NCBI GenBank assembly: GCA_963813025.1
Contig: CAWEXO010000008.1
Coordinates: 160,001-224,000, forward strand
Source of the DNA: an uncultured Verrucomicrobiae bacterium
GTDB taxonomy: Bacteria; Verrucomicrobiota; Verrucomicrobiia; Chthoniobacterales; JAFAMB01
Reading direction: 5' to 3'
Length of the DNA: 64,000 nucleotides
Position numbers and translations under genes: made by a program. Shown here one piece after another: positions 11,761 through 21,192 of this stretch; the first letter of the stretch is position 1, and every line of letters starts with the position of its first letter. The notes under the pieces were generated by a model. It ran no database searches and was not told the DNA's origin. It saw only the letters and a program-made list of their open reading frames with translations.

Positions 11761-12069
11761 ATGAAAAATTCACACTTCGAGGAACACGAAATAGAGGCTC
11801 AAGAACCTACTGGACACAGTTGCCCTGTTTGCGAAACCCCCATTTACCGGGTGCGCGCCGAGGGCAAAAACTGGATCAGCTGCGAATGTATGGCCGAAGG
11901 AGACTTTGTTGGCAAGGGTGTGTTGGTTGACGATACCGGCTTTCATAACTCCCTCAGTGAGATCTGGGGTCAAGAAGTCCGCTACATGATGGAGACTCGG
12001 AATGAAAAATTTCCGAAGTCTTCGCTCCCCGGACCGGTTGAGGGGCTTGATCTTTCGGAAGAAGAATAA
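11761..12069 (+). CDS. Small Zn-ribbon-like protein
   Basis: CPVC...CEC motif, acidic composition. Confidence 0.55.
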   Translation: MKNSHFEEHEIEAQEPTGHSCPVCETPIYRVRAEGKNWISCECMAEGDFVGKGVLVDDTGFHNSLSEIWGQEVRYMMETRNEKFPKSSLPGPVEGLDLSEEE

Positions 12070-12343
12070 CAGACAACTTCTCTTCCACCGGATCTTTACA
12101 GCGAATCCTGTTTTTCTCCGGCCGGCTCGAAATAGCGGGTCAACACAATACGGGAAACGAAGTATCCGGGGTTGCAGCCCAGCCGTTGACACTCCGCTCT
12201 GATTAATGCAGCTGTCCCACGCGGAATCTGCCAGCCGCAGCATTCGGTATCGGAGCGGGGACGGCCGGGGGGACGAAGGGACTTGGCGATGCTCGATCTC
12301 GTGCCCTCCACCGTAGCAATTTATCCGGGTTTTTGCTAGGACC

Positions 12344-12589
12344 TTGAACCAGGAGTTTTGTCTGGGGGAAGACGATTTCGTAGTGCTGCCACCTGACCAT
12401 GAGCCAAAACTGCCATTTGACCGTTGGTGCGAAGTCCTGGCCGGCTTGTTGGCAATCGCGATTGCCTGTGTGGATATCTGGAAGATCGGACCGACAGGTG
12501 GTCTTTCCCTTCCTTTGGATGAAATCTTGCTGCTCACCGGAATTGCCTTGGTGGCCGGGATTAACAATCTGTTTGGCCCAAAACCCTAA
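12344..12589 (+). CDS. Small two-TM membrane protein
   Basis: Two hydrophobic stretches (VLAGLLAIAIACV; ILLLTGIALVAGI); AGGA before TTG. Confidence 0.45.
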   Translation: MNQEFCLGEDDFVVLPPDHEPKLPFDRWCEVLAGLLAIAIACVDIWKIGPTGGLSLPLDEILLLTGIALVAGINNLFGPKP

Positions 12590-12597
12590 AGGCTAAC

Positions 12598-12798
12598 ATG
12601 CCAACAAACGCCAAAACCTCTCGGGTAGGACGCCCCCGGCTGGGTGATGAACGCATCGATGTGACTCTGCCGCGATCGGTTGCTAATCAGTTGCGCACCT
12701 TCGAGAATCTAACCGGCAAGTACCGGACCAGGATCGCGGCCAATATCATCACGAACGTCTTGGCCGATCCGGAAGCCACGCAACGCTTCCTCCACTAG
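12598..12798 (+). CDS. Ribbon-helix-helix-like DNA-binding protein
   Basis: GRPR followed by RIDVTLPRSVANQL, an RHH-type strand-helix pattern. Confidence 0.55.
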   Translation: MPTNAKTSRVGRPRLGDERIDVTLPRSVANQLRTFENLTGKYRTRIAANIITNVLADPEATQRFLH

Positions 12799-13512
12799 GA
12801 GCTTGAACACCTCCCGATTGAGCGCATTGCTTCGCGTTATGCCCATAATCTCACCAATCGTTTACGATCTCCCTCGTCGCGCTGGAACTCGGGGTGGACC
12901 AAGCTCGGCAAGAGCGCACCGGAGGATTGCTCAGATCCCTCGTCCTTCCAGGAGCACCGGCACCAGCCACCACCGAATTGAGCTCGTCCATCAAGTCGGC
13001 GAACTAGATGCCGCCGCTCGGAGGATTTGATCGCGCTCGAGCGTCTTAGCCCGATCATTCCTCCTCCTCTACCTCCTCACGCTGGAGCCGCTGGAGCGCT
13101 CCGCAGCCACGAATTGTTTGCGGATGGTGCAGCGCAGCGCTTGGCAGGAACGGGATGATCTCTTAACTAGCACCTCTGATGAATGAGGACGAAGCGCCGA
13201 CCCATGAAACCCACGCCAGAGATGGTCCAAATCCTTATCGAGCGGATAAGAGAAGTTTTAGCCGATCCGGATACGATGGCAGCCCACCCAAAGCGCCTCG
13301 ACTTTATTGCCGAGAGCGAACCGACCTACAAAATCGCAAATCGTTCATGTTGAACGGCTTAAATTCTAGGATCGACCGCTATGCTACCCGCATTGATTCT
13401 GTATTTGCCCTTATCCGAAATGTCGTTTCACTGACCGGAATATGGCGTCTACCGCTGAATCTGATATGATGAGAACGAGAACGTCACCGGAGCCGAGTCA
13501 CCGCAATCAATT

Positions 13513-14322
13513 ATGAATGAAATTCTTGTTGCAATAGGCGGTGGGTTGGCCACCGGTGGGACTCTCGAAAAGTTTCTCGGACCGACTGCGGAGTATCTTG
13601 GCCAGGGTATGTTGACCTTCGCAAAGAGGCGGGGGGAAAATATTCGCCGTATCTTCAGCAAGGCAATAGAAAAACTTGGCAATAGAATCGAATCGCCCGG
13701 ATTTGTCCCTCCGCGAGTTCTTGCCGGGGTTGTCAACGAGGGTTCGTATCGCGAAGACGAACTTGAGGCAGAGTATTTTGGCGGCGTTCTTGCCTCAGCT
13801 CGCACAACAATATCTCGGGACGATCGTGCTGCTTCGATTGTAGCGCTCATAAACCGGTTAACTACTTATCAGTTAAGATCCCATTACATTTTGTATCGGA
13901 CGATCAAGCGTCTCTTTAATGGCACCAATATCGCAATCTCTTCCCCAGCAGAGCGTCTATCTTTAGAAGTCATTATTCCTTTCTCCATATATTCGACTGC
14001 AATGGATTTTTCCGAAGAGGAGGACAATCGGTCACTCTTGCATCATGCTATGAGCGGGCTCGATCACGAAGATCTCATTGAAAAACAAGGACTTTGGAAC
14101 GGCGGGCTGGTCGCCTATTCGATTCAGCCCGAATCGGAAGATATCTCAGTGACGCCCTCTGTTCGAGGAGTCGAGTTGTTTCTCGCCGCCTACGGTTTCG
14201 CACACTTCGGAGTAGATTATTTCCTTTCGTCAAAATGCGAAATTGCCGATTTTGCAGGAATATCTATTCCGGAGGGAGCGCGCAAAGGTCGACCCTCAAC
14301 CCAGACTAGCGGGTTCGAGTGA
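13513..14322 (+). CDS. Abi-alpha/DUF4393-like protein (putative abortive infection)
   Basis: VPPRVLAGVVNEGSYREDELEAEYFGGVLASA...IVALINRLT resembles the Abi-alpha core; more AT-rich cargo. Confidence 0.55.
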   Translation: MNEILVAIGGGLATGGTLEKFLGPTAEYLGQGMLTFAKRRGENIRRIFSKAIEKLGNRIESPGFVPPRVLAGVVNEGSYREDELEAEYFGGVLASARTTISRDDRAASIVALINRLTTYQLRSHYILYRTIKRLFNGTNIAISSPAERLSLEVIIPFSIYSTAMDFSEEEDNRSLLHHAMSGLDHEDLIEKQGLWNGGLVAYSIQPESEDISVTPSVRGVELFLAAYGFAHFGVDYFLSSKCEIADFAGISIPEGARKGRPSTQTSGFE

Positions 14323-14326
14323 GCCA

Positions 14327-14392
14327 TTTTTGGCCACAATTTGTGGCCTTTTTCAGTTGCCTGATTTTGGGCCACGATTCGTGGACATTTTT
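14327..14392 (+). terminator. Tandem hairpins with U-tracts after the Abi-like gene
   Basis: GGCCACAATTTGTGGCC-TTTTT (14332-14353) and CCACGATTCGTGG...TTTTT (from 14372). Confidence 0.5.
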
Positions 14393-14573
14393 CCGCTCCT
14401 CTCGTCTATGTTAGACACCTAACATAGTTCTCGTTCACCTAATAACAAAGTTTGGTTTACATGCGGAAAATCACGCGCTCGACCAGTTCCCGAGTCGAAA
14501 TAGAATGTAAAAAGAAGCAGTTCTGGGTCACTGCTTCCTATTGAAATCGCTCAAATCGGACCGGGGTTTCCAT

Positions 14574-16568
14574 CTACCACACAACCGGCCTATTCTGAAC
14601 GCCGTACCGGTGCGGTCTTGAGGTGCTCTCGCCCTCCACACCGATCGGACGCCCAGCCGGCTGGTAAACGATATCTCGCCGCATCGGCTGGGCTCCCCAC
14701 GCCGGTCTATTGGCGGCGGATTGCTCCTGCTGCGAGAGCGGCGTGTGTTCTCCGACGCCCCTCTCATCCAGGTTGATCCGCAGGCTCTCGAGCGACGAGA
14801 GACACATCACCAAACAATCAAGCGCCTCGTTCCGGGCCCGGGTCTGCACCCATTGAAAGCTTTTGACTCCGTTGCGATACCGCGGCTGCCGGGACTCGCT
14901 GGCCAGTTGGGCAAAGAACTCGCTGTCAAAGCCGCTAGCAACGCCGCCCTCGGGTTCTTTCGGAACATGGACAAAGCCACGGCCCGGAGCTTCCACCTTG
15001 AGGAGGCCAGCTACCAAATCTTTGACCTTGTTCACGTCAGATTTGACGATTCGAGCCCGTTCGTTGGTGTCATCCCGGATCGTCCAGATTGCTCCTTGCG
15101 GCAGGCTGGACAAGCCCTGGAAGGCAATCAAGCGCGGGTAACGACGCTTGGTTTCCCGGCAGACGATTCCGTGGAAGTGGCCACCGCAATCCTGCAAAGC
15201 CCGTCGGACCTGCATCGGAGTGCCATCTTGCCTTTTCCAAGTCCGGTTTAAGACTCTCTCCTCGAGCTCGGCATACATGTGTGCCGTGTCCAGGTCGGGT
15301 CGCCCGAGAATCTGACCGTATTCGAGCAACCACGTCTCCCGACCGGGACCGAAGGCGCAGATCAGGTAGGCAAAGTAGGTGTCCTGGGTATCGATCCCGG
15401 CCACGATGAGCTTCGTTTGGTCGGGAAGTTCGCAGTGATAAACCTCACGCCGACCGACCAGATCGTCTTCGACAATCGCTTCCTTGGAAGTGACGAAAGG
15501 CTCGCCCAGCCTCGTGCCTAAGACCGCCCGGAGCGCACTGTGATCGCCGCTCTTGGCCTGGTGGCTGGCTTGCCGCCACTCGGCATGGACCACACGCCAG
15601 TCGATCAATGGCGATGGCCAGCAGGCCAGGTGGAACCCGCGACGGAACGGGTGGGAGGAGTGCGCCCGCCAGATCCCTTCGTTTCCCAACCATTCCAGCT
15701 GGCTGTATTCCCGCTCACAGGTGACGCACCGGCAAGCGCCAGTCTCAAAGTTCATCTCGGCCAGGGCGAGAATCTGGTAATGGCCAGCCGGACACCGGGA
15801 ATAGTAGTGTTCCTGGGTCGAGTCCTCGTAGAGCGCGCTGATCCGGCACGATTCCAATTCGACCGGGCTTGAGCTGTAGATCACTTTTGTGCTCCCCCGG
15901 AAAGTACTTGTTCTGACCTTGCCCAGAGATACGGCATCGCCTTCCGGTGACCGTCCTTTGGCCATCAAGGGCAGCCTTGAAAGCTCTTCAAAGATCAGGT
16001 AGCGGATCGGCCTCATGGAAAGACCGACGGCGCTCAAGCCGGCCACGATCGATACCTGGCAGCCTGGCCCCAAACTTTTGCGAAACATTGAGCTTTCCGG
16101 CCCGACTTCTTCCTTCTCCCATCTGCCGTTCAAATTCAGACTGTCGCGGAGCATCGGGTCAAGCCGGTCCAGGCTCATCGAGCGACATGCCTGCAGAGTC
16201 GGACAGACCAGAAGCGTCGGCGCCGGATCGACCGATGCCCAGTAAAGAATCGGGTTGAGCGTGGCAAGCTCGCTCTTTCCCACCTGGCTGGCGGCCGAGA
16301 TCACGACCTCCCGCATCGAAGGATTGGCGATTGCTCGAGAGATTTCCCGGCCATAGGGAAACCGATCAAAGGACCAGCGGCCAGGCTCAGCACTTGATTC
16401 CGGGGAAAGGCGCCGGTGTTTCTCCAGCCAGGGGACGATATCCAGCCGCTGAGTCGGTCGGGCCATCTGGCTCAGCTCTCGCAAAACTTCTCGGGTGACG
16501 GCGCTCGGTGTCTCCGAGCCGTTCAGGTGTTTCTTACCGCGCTTTTCTTTTCTCTTGAGAGTGACCAT
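14574..16568 (-). CDS. Phage terminase large subunit, lambda GpA family
   Basis: Walker A ASQVGKSE, PAPTLLVCPT, MRPIRYLIFEE, CPAGH...CVTC, nuclease AGIDTQD, QDCGGH, RNEALDC. Confidence 0.92.
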   Translation of the reverse strand: MVTLKRKEKRGKKHLNGSETPSAVTREVLRELSQMARPTQRLDIVPWLEKHRRLSPESSAEPGRWSFDRFPYGREISRAIANPSMREVVISAASQVGKSELATLNPILYWASVDPAPTLLVCPTLQACRSMSLDRLDPMLRDSLNLNGRWEKEEVGPESSMFRKSLGPGCQVSIVAGLSAVGLSMRPIRYLIFEELSRLPLMAKGRSPEGDAVSLGKVRTSTFRGSTKVIYSSSPVELESCRISALYEDSTQEHYYSRCPAGHYQILALAEMNFETGACRCVTCEREYSQLEWLGNEGIWRAHSSHPFRRGFHLACWPSPLIDWRVVHAEWRQASHQAKSGDHSALRAVLGTRLGEPFVTSKEAIVEDDLVGRREVYHCELPDQTKLIVAGIDTQDTYFAYLICAFGPGRETWLLEYGQILGRPDLDTAHMYAELEERVLNRTWKRQDGTPMQVRRALQDCGGHFHGIVCRETKRRYPRLIAFQGLSSLPQGAIWTIRDDTNERARIVKSDVNKVKDLVAGLLKVEAPGRGFVHVPKEPEGGVASGFDSEFFAQLASESRQPRYRNGVKSFQWVQTRARNEALDCLVMCLSSLESLRINLDERGVGEHTPLSQQEQSAANRPAWGAQPMRRDIVYQPAGRPIGVEGESTSRPHRYGVQNRPVVW

Positions 16569-17079
16569 TAGTACTCGCCCGAGCCAGGATATCGCCCAGC
16601 GAGTCTAACGCATCGGCGCTCTCCGCCTCAAGGATGGCCAGCTGGCTTGCGCGTTCCGTCGTATGGCTTAAGCGCTCAATCACTCGGCTCGAAAAGCTGC
16701 TCATCTTCTGCTGGTAGCTCCGGACCGCTCGGCCAAAGGTCGACAGAAACTCTTCCCGCGGGACCAGGTCGCCACGACTCCGCTCCATGGCCAGCTCAGC
16801 CTTAGCTCGGATCGCCGCCTGAGTCTTGGATTTCTCGGAAAGAAAATCGGTCTGCGCTTTTTCACGTTCCGATCGCTGCAGCTGGGAAAATGAGCGCACA
16901 CAATCAACCAGCGGATAAAGGTACGCCTTCTTGTTTCGCGGATCCTGAATTCGCGAAAACACGCCGCTCCGGGCCAGCCGGGTTGTCACCGTATCAGAGA
17001 GCCCGAGCAGCCGGCTCAGCTCCGCGGCCGGAACGTGGAGCGATTCATCCAACGTCAAAATCTGGACGGAATCTGCCAT
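16534..17079 (-). CDS. Terminase small subunit, Nu1-like
   Basis: N-terminal HTH (AELSRLLGLS...RLARSG...YPLVDCV), coiled coil ending RGDLVPREE, overlaps terL start. Confidence 0.8.
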   Translation of the reverse strand: MADSVQILTLDESLHVPAAELSRLLGLSDTVTTRLARSGVFSRIQDPRNKKAYLYPLVDCVRSFSQLQRSEREKAQTDFLSEKSKTQAAIRAKAELAMERSRGDLVPREEFLSTFGRAVRSYQQKMSSFSSRVIERLSHTTERASQLAILEAESADALDSLGDILARASTNGHSQEKRKAR

Positions 17080-17144
17080 AACAGTTTCGAAGCCCGTTGT
17101 ATCCGCCAATTTAAAAAAGCTCGAGGACTCGCTCGATTTAAAGG

Positions 17145-17186
17145 ATCGCTCGCACCCGTCGAGCGATTAAAGTTCCGACAGGACCC
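17145..17186 (-). other. Putative lambda-type cos site
   Basis: Minus strand GGGTCCT (lambda cosQ sequence), 23 nt ending ACG, then GGTGCGAGCGAT; 8-bp dyad ATCGCTCG/CGAGCGAT; directly upstream of terS. Confidence 0.6.
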
Positions 17187-17250
17187 AGTCCCGGGGATTA
17201 ATTTTTTCGGCGGGAAAGCGCTCGCCTCCCCCGAGTAGATGATTGGATGA

Positions 17251-17991
17251 TCAAGCGAAGTCATACCGTTTGCTTCGCTCGGTTGCGAACCTCTCACGCA
17301 AAGCCAGAACGCGTTTTACTTCCTGCGCCAGTTGTTCTGATCTCAGCTCCGGTGAAGAAGGACGACCTCGAATGAAACTTGAAAAGATCGAGTTACTTTG
17401 GACGAACTCGTTGAGCGCAATGACATCACGAGCACTTTCCGCGACTGGCAGGAGAGCGAAAGCCTGGGGTTCAATTCTTTTGGCCAACATCTCAAGATGA
17501 GCTGCCACACGTTCGGCCCGGAGACCTTGAGCCTGCTGCTCCAGGGAGACCCGAGCATAATCGATTCGGTCGCGAAGCTGCTGCCGAGCTTCCCCTTCCT
17601 GAGATAGCAGGCGGGTATGACGGGCGGCTAGAACTTTGGTCAAAGCCTGAGCCTTTGAGACGCGGTCCACCAACTCGTCTTCCTCGCCCAGGTCATCGGC
17701 CACGAGCTTGACTTCTTGGGCTTTGGCTGCTTCGAGCCGGCACGCGAGCTTGGCCAATTCCTGGCGGAGCTTGTCCGCTCTCGCTTGAACCACAGTCATT
17801 GCTTTCCAAGGATCCGGCTCGGTGGAATCAGGTCCAGGCGGTTTAGGGGAAGGGATTGGCGGCACCACGGGTAGAGCTGCCCACTGAGCAACAGCGTAAT
17901 CCGAGAGAGGCTCCGGCTTCGTACTGACCGGGAGTGCCGGAGTTGATGGAACAATGGGTGGACGGACGGGAGATTCAGTCATCGGGTTCAT
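17251..17991 (-). CDS. Hypothetical protein, Pro-rich N-terminus plus long coiled coil
   Basis: Composition; ATGA overlap with the upstream gene. Confidence 0.75.
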   Translation of the reverse strand: MNPMTESPVRPPIVPSTPALPVSTKPEPLSDYAVAQWAALPVVPPIPSPKPPGPDSTEPDPWKAMTVVQARADKLRQELAKLACRLEAAKAQEVKLVADDLGEEDELVDRVSKAQALTKVLAARHTRLLSQEGEARQQLRDRIDYARVSLEQQAQGLRAERVAAHLEMLAKRIEPQAFALLPVAESARDVIALNEFVQSNSIFSSFIRGRPSSPELRSEQLAQEVKRVLALRERFATERSKRYDFA

Positions 17992-18236
17992 TTGGTTTGA
18001 GCTGCTGCCTTTTTGAGAGAAGTAATAATCGGGGAAGGCTGCTTCGAGTTTCCGGCCCGGGTTGATCTCAGGTACTCGGCTTCGCTTTTGGGAAGCGTAG
18101 CTTTGCTTTTTACTGGGGGGCGGAGGCTAGCGGCGAGAAGCCGCCCGGCGTGATCGGCTGGGGAACGACCGAGCAACTGGGCGCCTTCGCGAAGCCGCTG
18201 GTAAAGCTCGGGGGCGAGTTGGATTTCTAATTTCAT
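17988..18236 (-). CDS. Ribbon-helix-helix-like protein
   Basis: MKLEIQLAPELYQRLREGAQLLGRSPADHAGRLL; ATGA overlaps on both sides. Confidence 0.65.
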   Translation of the reverse strand: MKLEIQLAPELYQRLREGAQLLGRSPADHAGRLLAASLRPPVKSKATLPKSEAEYLRSTRAGNSKQPSPIITSLKKAAAQTK

Positions 18237-18448
18237 GATGCTGCAATGCTTTTGGATCGGTGGGTTGACTGCGAAAGCCGAAGAGTTAAAGGCGCACCTG
18301 GCTGCTCGGAATTGAGCCAGACCTGGATTGAAACTGGCTTTCCCTCGATCTGGATTGTGCCGGCATAATTGGGTTGCCAGTCGGCGGTTCGATTTGCTTT
18401 GACGGGCAAGCGGACAGTGAGCGGGCACGCTTGGGTAAGTTCTTTCAT
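18233..18448 (-). CDS. Small DUF736-like/ssDNA-binding-like protein
   Basis: QPNYAGTIQIEG...QVWLN pattern; ATGA coupling. Confidence 0.5.
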   Translation of the reverse strand: MKELTQACPLTVRLPVKANRTADWQPNYAGTIQIEGKPVSIQVWLNSEQPGAPLTLRLSQSTHRSKSIAAS

Positions 18449-18909
18449 TGTAACGCCTCCGGGAAGGCCGCTCCGAAACAGTGGGAGTAAGCTTCATCAA
18501 AAGTGGCGTAACGCTGAGTGCTGGGTTCGGCGCCGTCACCCTCAAAGATGAGAGCTGCGAAATAAACGGGCTGAGCGGAAGGACTAACCTCGAAGATTCT
18601 TACCCGGCTGGATGGAGCACTCCACCGCTCTCTCCAGATAGCGTTGTTGCGCTGAAAACTAAGCCGACGCGTTCGGGTTCGGGCAATGGCCAGTGCCATG
18701 GTCCGGTTAGTCAAGCCGCTGAAAATTGGACCGCGCTCTGAGGAGAGCAGGCCGGTTATTTCGAAGGAAGAGCAGCCCTCGTAGCCGCCACAGGCCGGGC
18801 CGCGGCATTGGCCGGTAAGCAGATCGTTGGGTTCATCGAACTCCAGATGAATACTCCCGCCACATCGCGGGCAGCGGCGGGTAGTGTCGTAGTGCCAGGC
18901 TTGGGACAT
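18445..18909 (-). CDS. Zn-finger hypothetical protein
   Basis: CPRC...CRGPAC...C; coupled to the downstream gene. Confidence 0.55.
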   Translation of the reverse strand: MSQAWHYDTTRRCPRCGGSIHLEFDEPNDLLTGQCRGPACGGYEGCSSFEITGLLSSERGPIFSGLTNRTMALAIARTRTRRLSFQRNNAIWRERWSAPSSRVRIFEVSPSAQPVYFAALIFEGDGAEPSTQRYATFDEAYSHCFGAAFPEALQ

Positions 18910-18979
18910 AGATATTTTGTGGGTTTGAAGAACGTTTGGGACGGTCTGTGGAAATTGGTACGGGTTCGGGTTTGGGCAG

Positions 18980-19261
18980 TCATGACTTTATGATCAGTGC
19001 TCGTCCGCCTCCATAATGCGTTACGAATGGCCTCTGACACATGCTTTGTGCGCAGAGCTCTTCTTCGCGCTCGATGTTTGGCTGGACATAGCCACTAGCC
19101 GCTATGGTCACCGGCTTAGTAAGACCTCTTAAGATAAGGTCCTCAGCTGGCAGTATGTTATGGACACTGAACCGCGAAACCTTTCGGCGGTGCCAAGGCA
19201 ACAGCAGAAAGGCCAGAAGCTGGCCAAGGAAGAGACGACGTTTTACTTGCTCTGTTTTCAT
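18980..19261 (-). CDS. Hypothetical protein
   Basis: 93-aa ATG ORF on the operon strand. Confidence 0.35.
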   Translation of the reverse strand: MKTEQVKRRLFLGQLLAFLLLPWHRRKVSRFSVHNILPAEDLILRGLTKPVTIAASGYVQPNIEREEELCAQSMCQRPFVTHYGGGRALIIKS

Positions 19262-19368
19262 TGGGTAGAAACGAGTCTTGAAGTCACCCGACCATTCTTG
19301 GAAAGCCAGCAGCAGCCACCTCAGTGCTGTAGTCCGTTCTGCCTCGGTCCAGCAAGTCCGGTAAGGAA

Positions 19369-20916
19369 TCAGGTTGCCTGATCGCCCACCGAGGCATTTT
19401 TGCTAATGTCAGAAGTCTCGATCGCCCCTTCATAAAATTTCAAGACTCTTTGAATGTAATTCCGAGCTCCTTTCGGAGTTCCTACGTGCTCTAAAGGCCC
19501 AGCGAGCAAACGCGGTCTCCACTCGTCATCAAAAAGTTGGAGAAGTCTTTCTTGTTTCAATTTGCTGTAGATTGGTAGAAACATTTCCATCAATGTTCGC
19601 TTCGGGGCGATTGGCAGATCAAGGTGCGCCAGAAGGTAACCAACAAATGCAGACGTCATGGTATCCCCCGGCCATTCGCTGCTCAAGGCGTAAAGGCACG
19701 GCTTCGGCCAGGAGTTAGCGTTCGCGACATCAATCTCGTGCTGCTGGGATACAAAATGGTAGCCAGCCACGCATACAGCGGTAACAGTTTGAAAAAGGTA
19801 GAGGTACTCTCGAGTGGGGACGACTTCCTTTATCCGCTGAGCAATTGCCATGTCGCTTCTATAGCCTTGTTCAAATGCAAAAATCCCTTGGAATATCGGA
19901 ACAACTTGAGGATGCCGCGCTGTGGCTTCGAATAATATTTCGAGGGCTTCATCGAGCGCATTCGTGTTGAGTTTTGTTTTCACTTCTACAATAGCGCGCA
20001 CCGAATCCCGCGGAACGACGACCACCTCATTTTCTCTGAACAATGGTGCATAGTTGATGGCGTCCCAAACAATGATATCGAGCTGGCGTGCGCAATCCTC
20101 GATAAACCCAGTGCTCACCCGAAACTTTCCGGGAACAACCTTACGCAGAAATCCACGCAACAACTCTTCGCGAAAGCTTCCTGCGGTCCCAGAATGGCGA
20201 ATTAGAAAATCGACTTGCCTGCTTTGGGCAAGAAGCTGGTCTGAAAATCTCGAGAGGTAGTCTATTCTATCGAAAAATCCATGGACGAGCGGAGCCAATC
20301 CATACCAAATCTTATCTCCACTGACGTGTACACTTCCTGAGCCCATAGAGTCCATCATGCGCAGCGTGTCTTCGATGAGGTCTTTCTCGAGCTCTGGGTT
20401 GCCGCGGACGGTTTGAATGAGTTCCGGCAAGAGACGTCGCCGTCCCGTGGAGTCGCGTAAAATGAGCAGAACGGTTTCCTGTATTTTAAGCCACGGTGCC
20501 GGATCAACGGCGATTTTCGACGAACCACTTCTCGCGTTGCATAAAACGTGCTTCCCGATTGCCCGGTGATACTCGCGCAATGGCGAGACTATCCACTGGT
20601 GTCCAAGAATCACAGGAGCTTGGTGAATCCATAGCTCTCCTTCTTTTGAAACTATTAAACCGGTACGAGTGGTTCCCCAATCGGAATCCGGATCGTAAAC
20701 AAACTCTCTATCGGAGAAAAATGTTTCGTCATGGGGAAGTCTTGAAATCAAGCGTTCCTGATCTGTCATTGAAAGACGAATAGTAGCACCGTCATTGCAG
20801 AAACGCTTTCTGGCGATCACATACAAGTGTTCTGGGGGTGTGGTTGGTAAGACAGATACAAACGAGTGAACTGACTGAATAGGTCTTTCATGCTGATGGT
20901 GGTCGAATGTGACCAT
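19369..20916 (-). CDS. NucC/DUF6602-like PD-(D/E)XK nuclease with an unknown N-terminal domain
   Basis: HSGTAGSFREELLRGFLRKVVPGKFRVSTG...QLDIIVWD...PRDSVRAIVEVKT; more AT-rich than its surroundings. Confidence 0.75.
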   Translation of the reverse strand: MVTFDHHQHERPIQSVHSFVSVLPTTPPEHLYVIARKRFCNDGATIRLSMTDQERLISRLPHDETFFSDREFVYDPDSDWGTTRTGLIVSKEGELWIHQAPVILGHQWIVSPLREYHRAIGKHVLCNARSGSSKIAVDPAPWLKIQETVLLILRDSTGRRRLLPELIQTVRGNPELEKDLIEDTLRMMDSMGSGSVHVSGDKIWYGLAPLVHGFFDRIDYLSRFSDQLLAQSRQVDFLIRHSGTAGSFREELLRGFLRKVVPGKFRVSTGFIEDCARQLDIIVWDAINYAPLFRENEVVVVPRDSVRAIVEVKTKLNTNALDEALEILFEATARHPQVVPIFQGIFAFEQGYRSDMAIAQRIKEVVPTREYLYLFQTVTAVCVAGYHFVSQQHEIDVANANSWPKPCLYALSSEWPGDTMTSAFVGYLLAHLDLPIAPKRTLMEMFLPIYSKLKQERLLQLFDDEWRPRLLAGPLEHVGTPKGARNYIQRVLKFYEGAIETSDISKNASVGDQAT

Positions 20917-21192
20917 TCAAAAACTGATCCAGCCCGGATTCGAGGGCATCGGAGTTTGGTCGAAACATCAGCCTCGGGGATGTCATGAGGGGTTTAGCAT
21001 TTCTCAATCCAGAGCGCCAGACTTTGGAAAACAAGATGGCGCAACAGGAGCAGCTCCTTAAGTTCAGCGCGGTCCAACGAGCGTTGGAATTTCAGAGTGG
21101 TCAGTTCTTTGAACCGATCGTAGCGCTCCACGAAGGAGCGGGAATCCGCATCACTCCGGGTTCGTAACTCGCTCACGACGGTGGGTTCGGGC

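Noticed and set aside
11770..12567. 265-aa minus-strand ORF
   Set aside because: Overlaps more plausible plus-strand small genes; no motifs
12344..12589. Holin call
   Set aside because: Two TM segments alone are insufficient, and no endolysin is present
14390..14445. Chromosomal dif site
   Set aside because: Only XerD-like half arms; no convincing XerC arm at 6-bp spacing
19369..20916. CBASS operon
   Set aside because: No CD-NTase, HORMA/TRIP13 or E1/E2/JAB genes nearby
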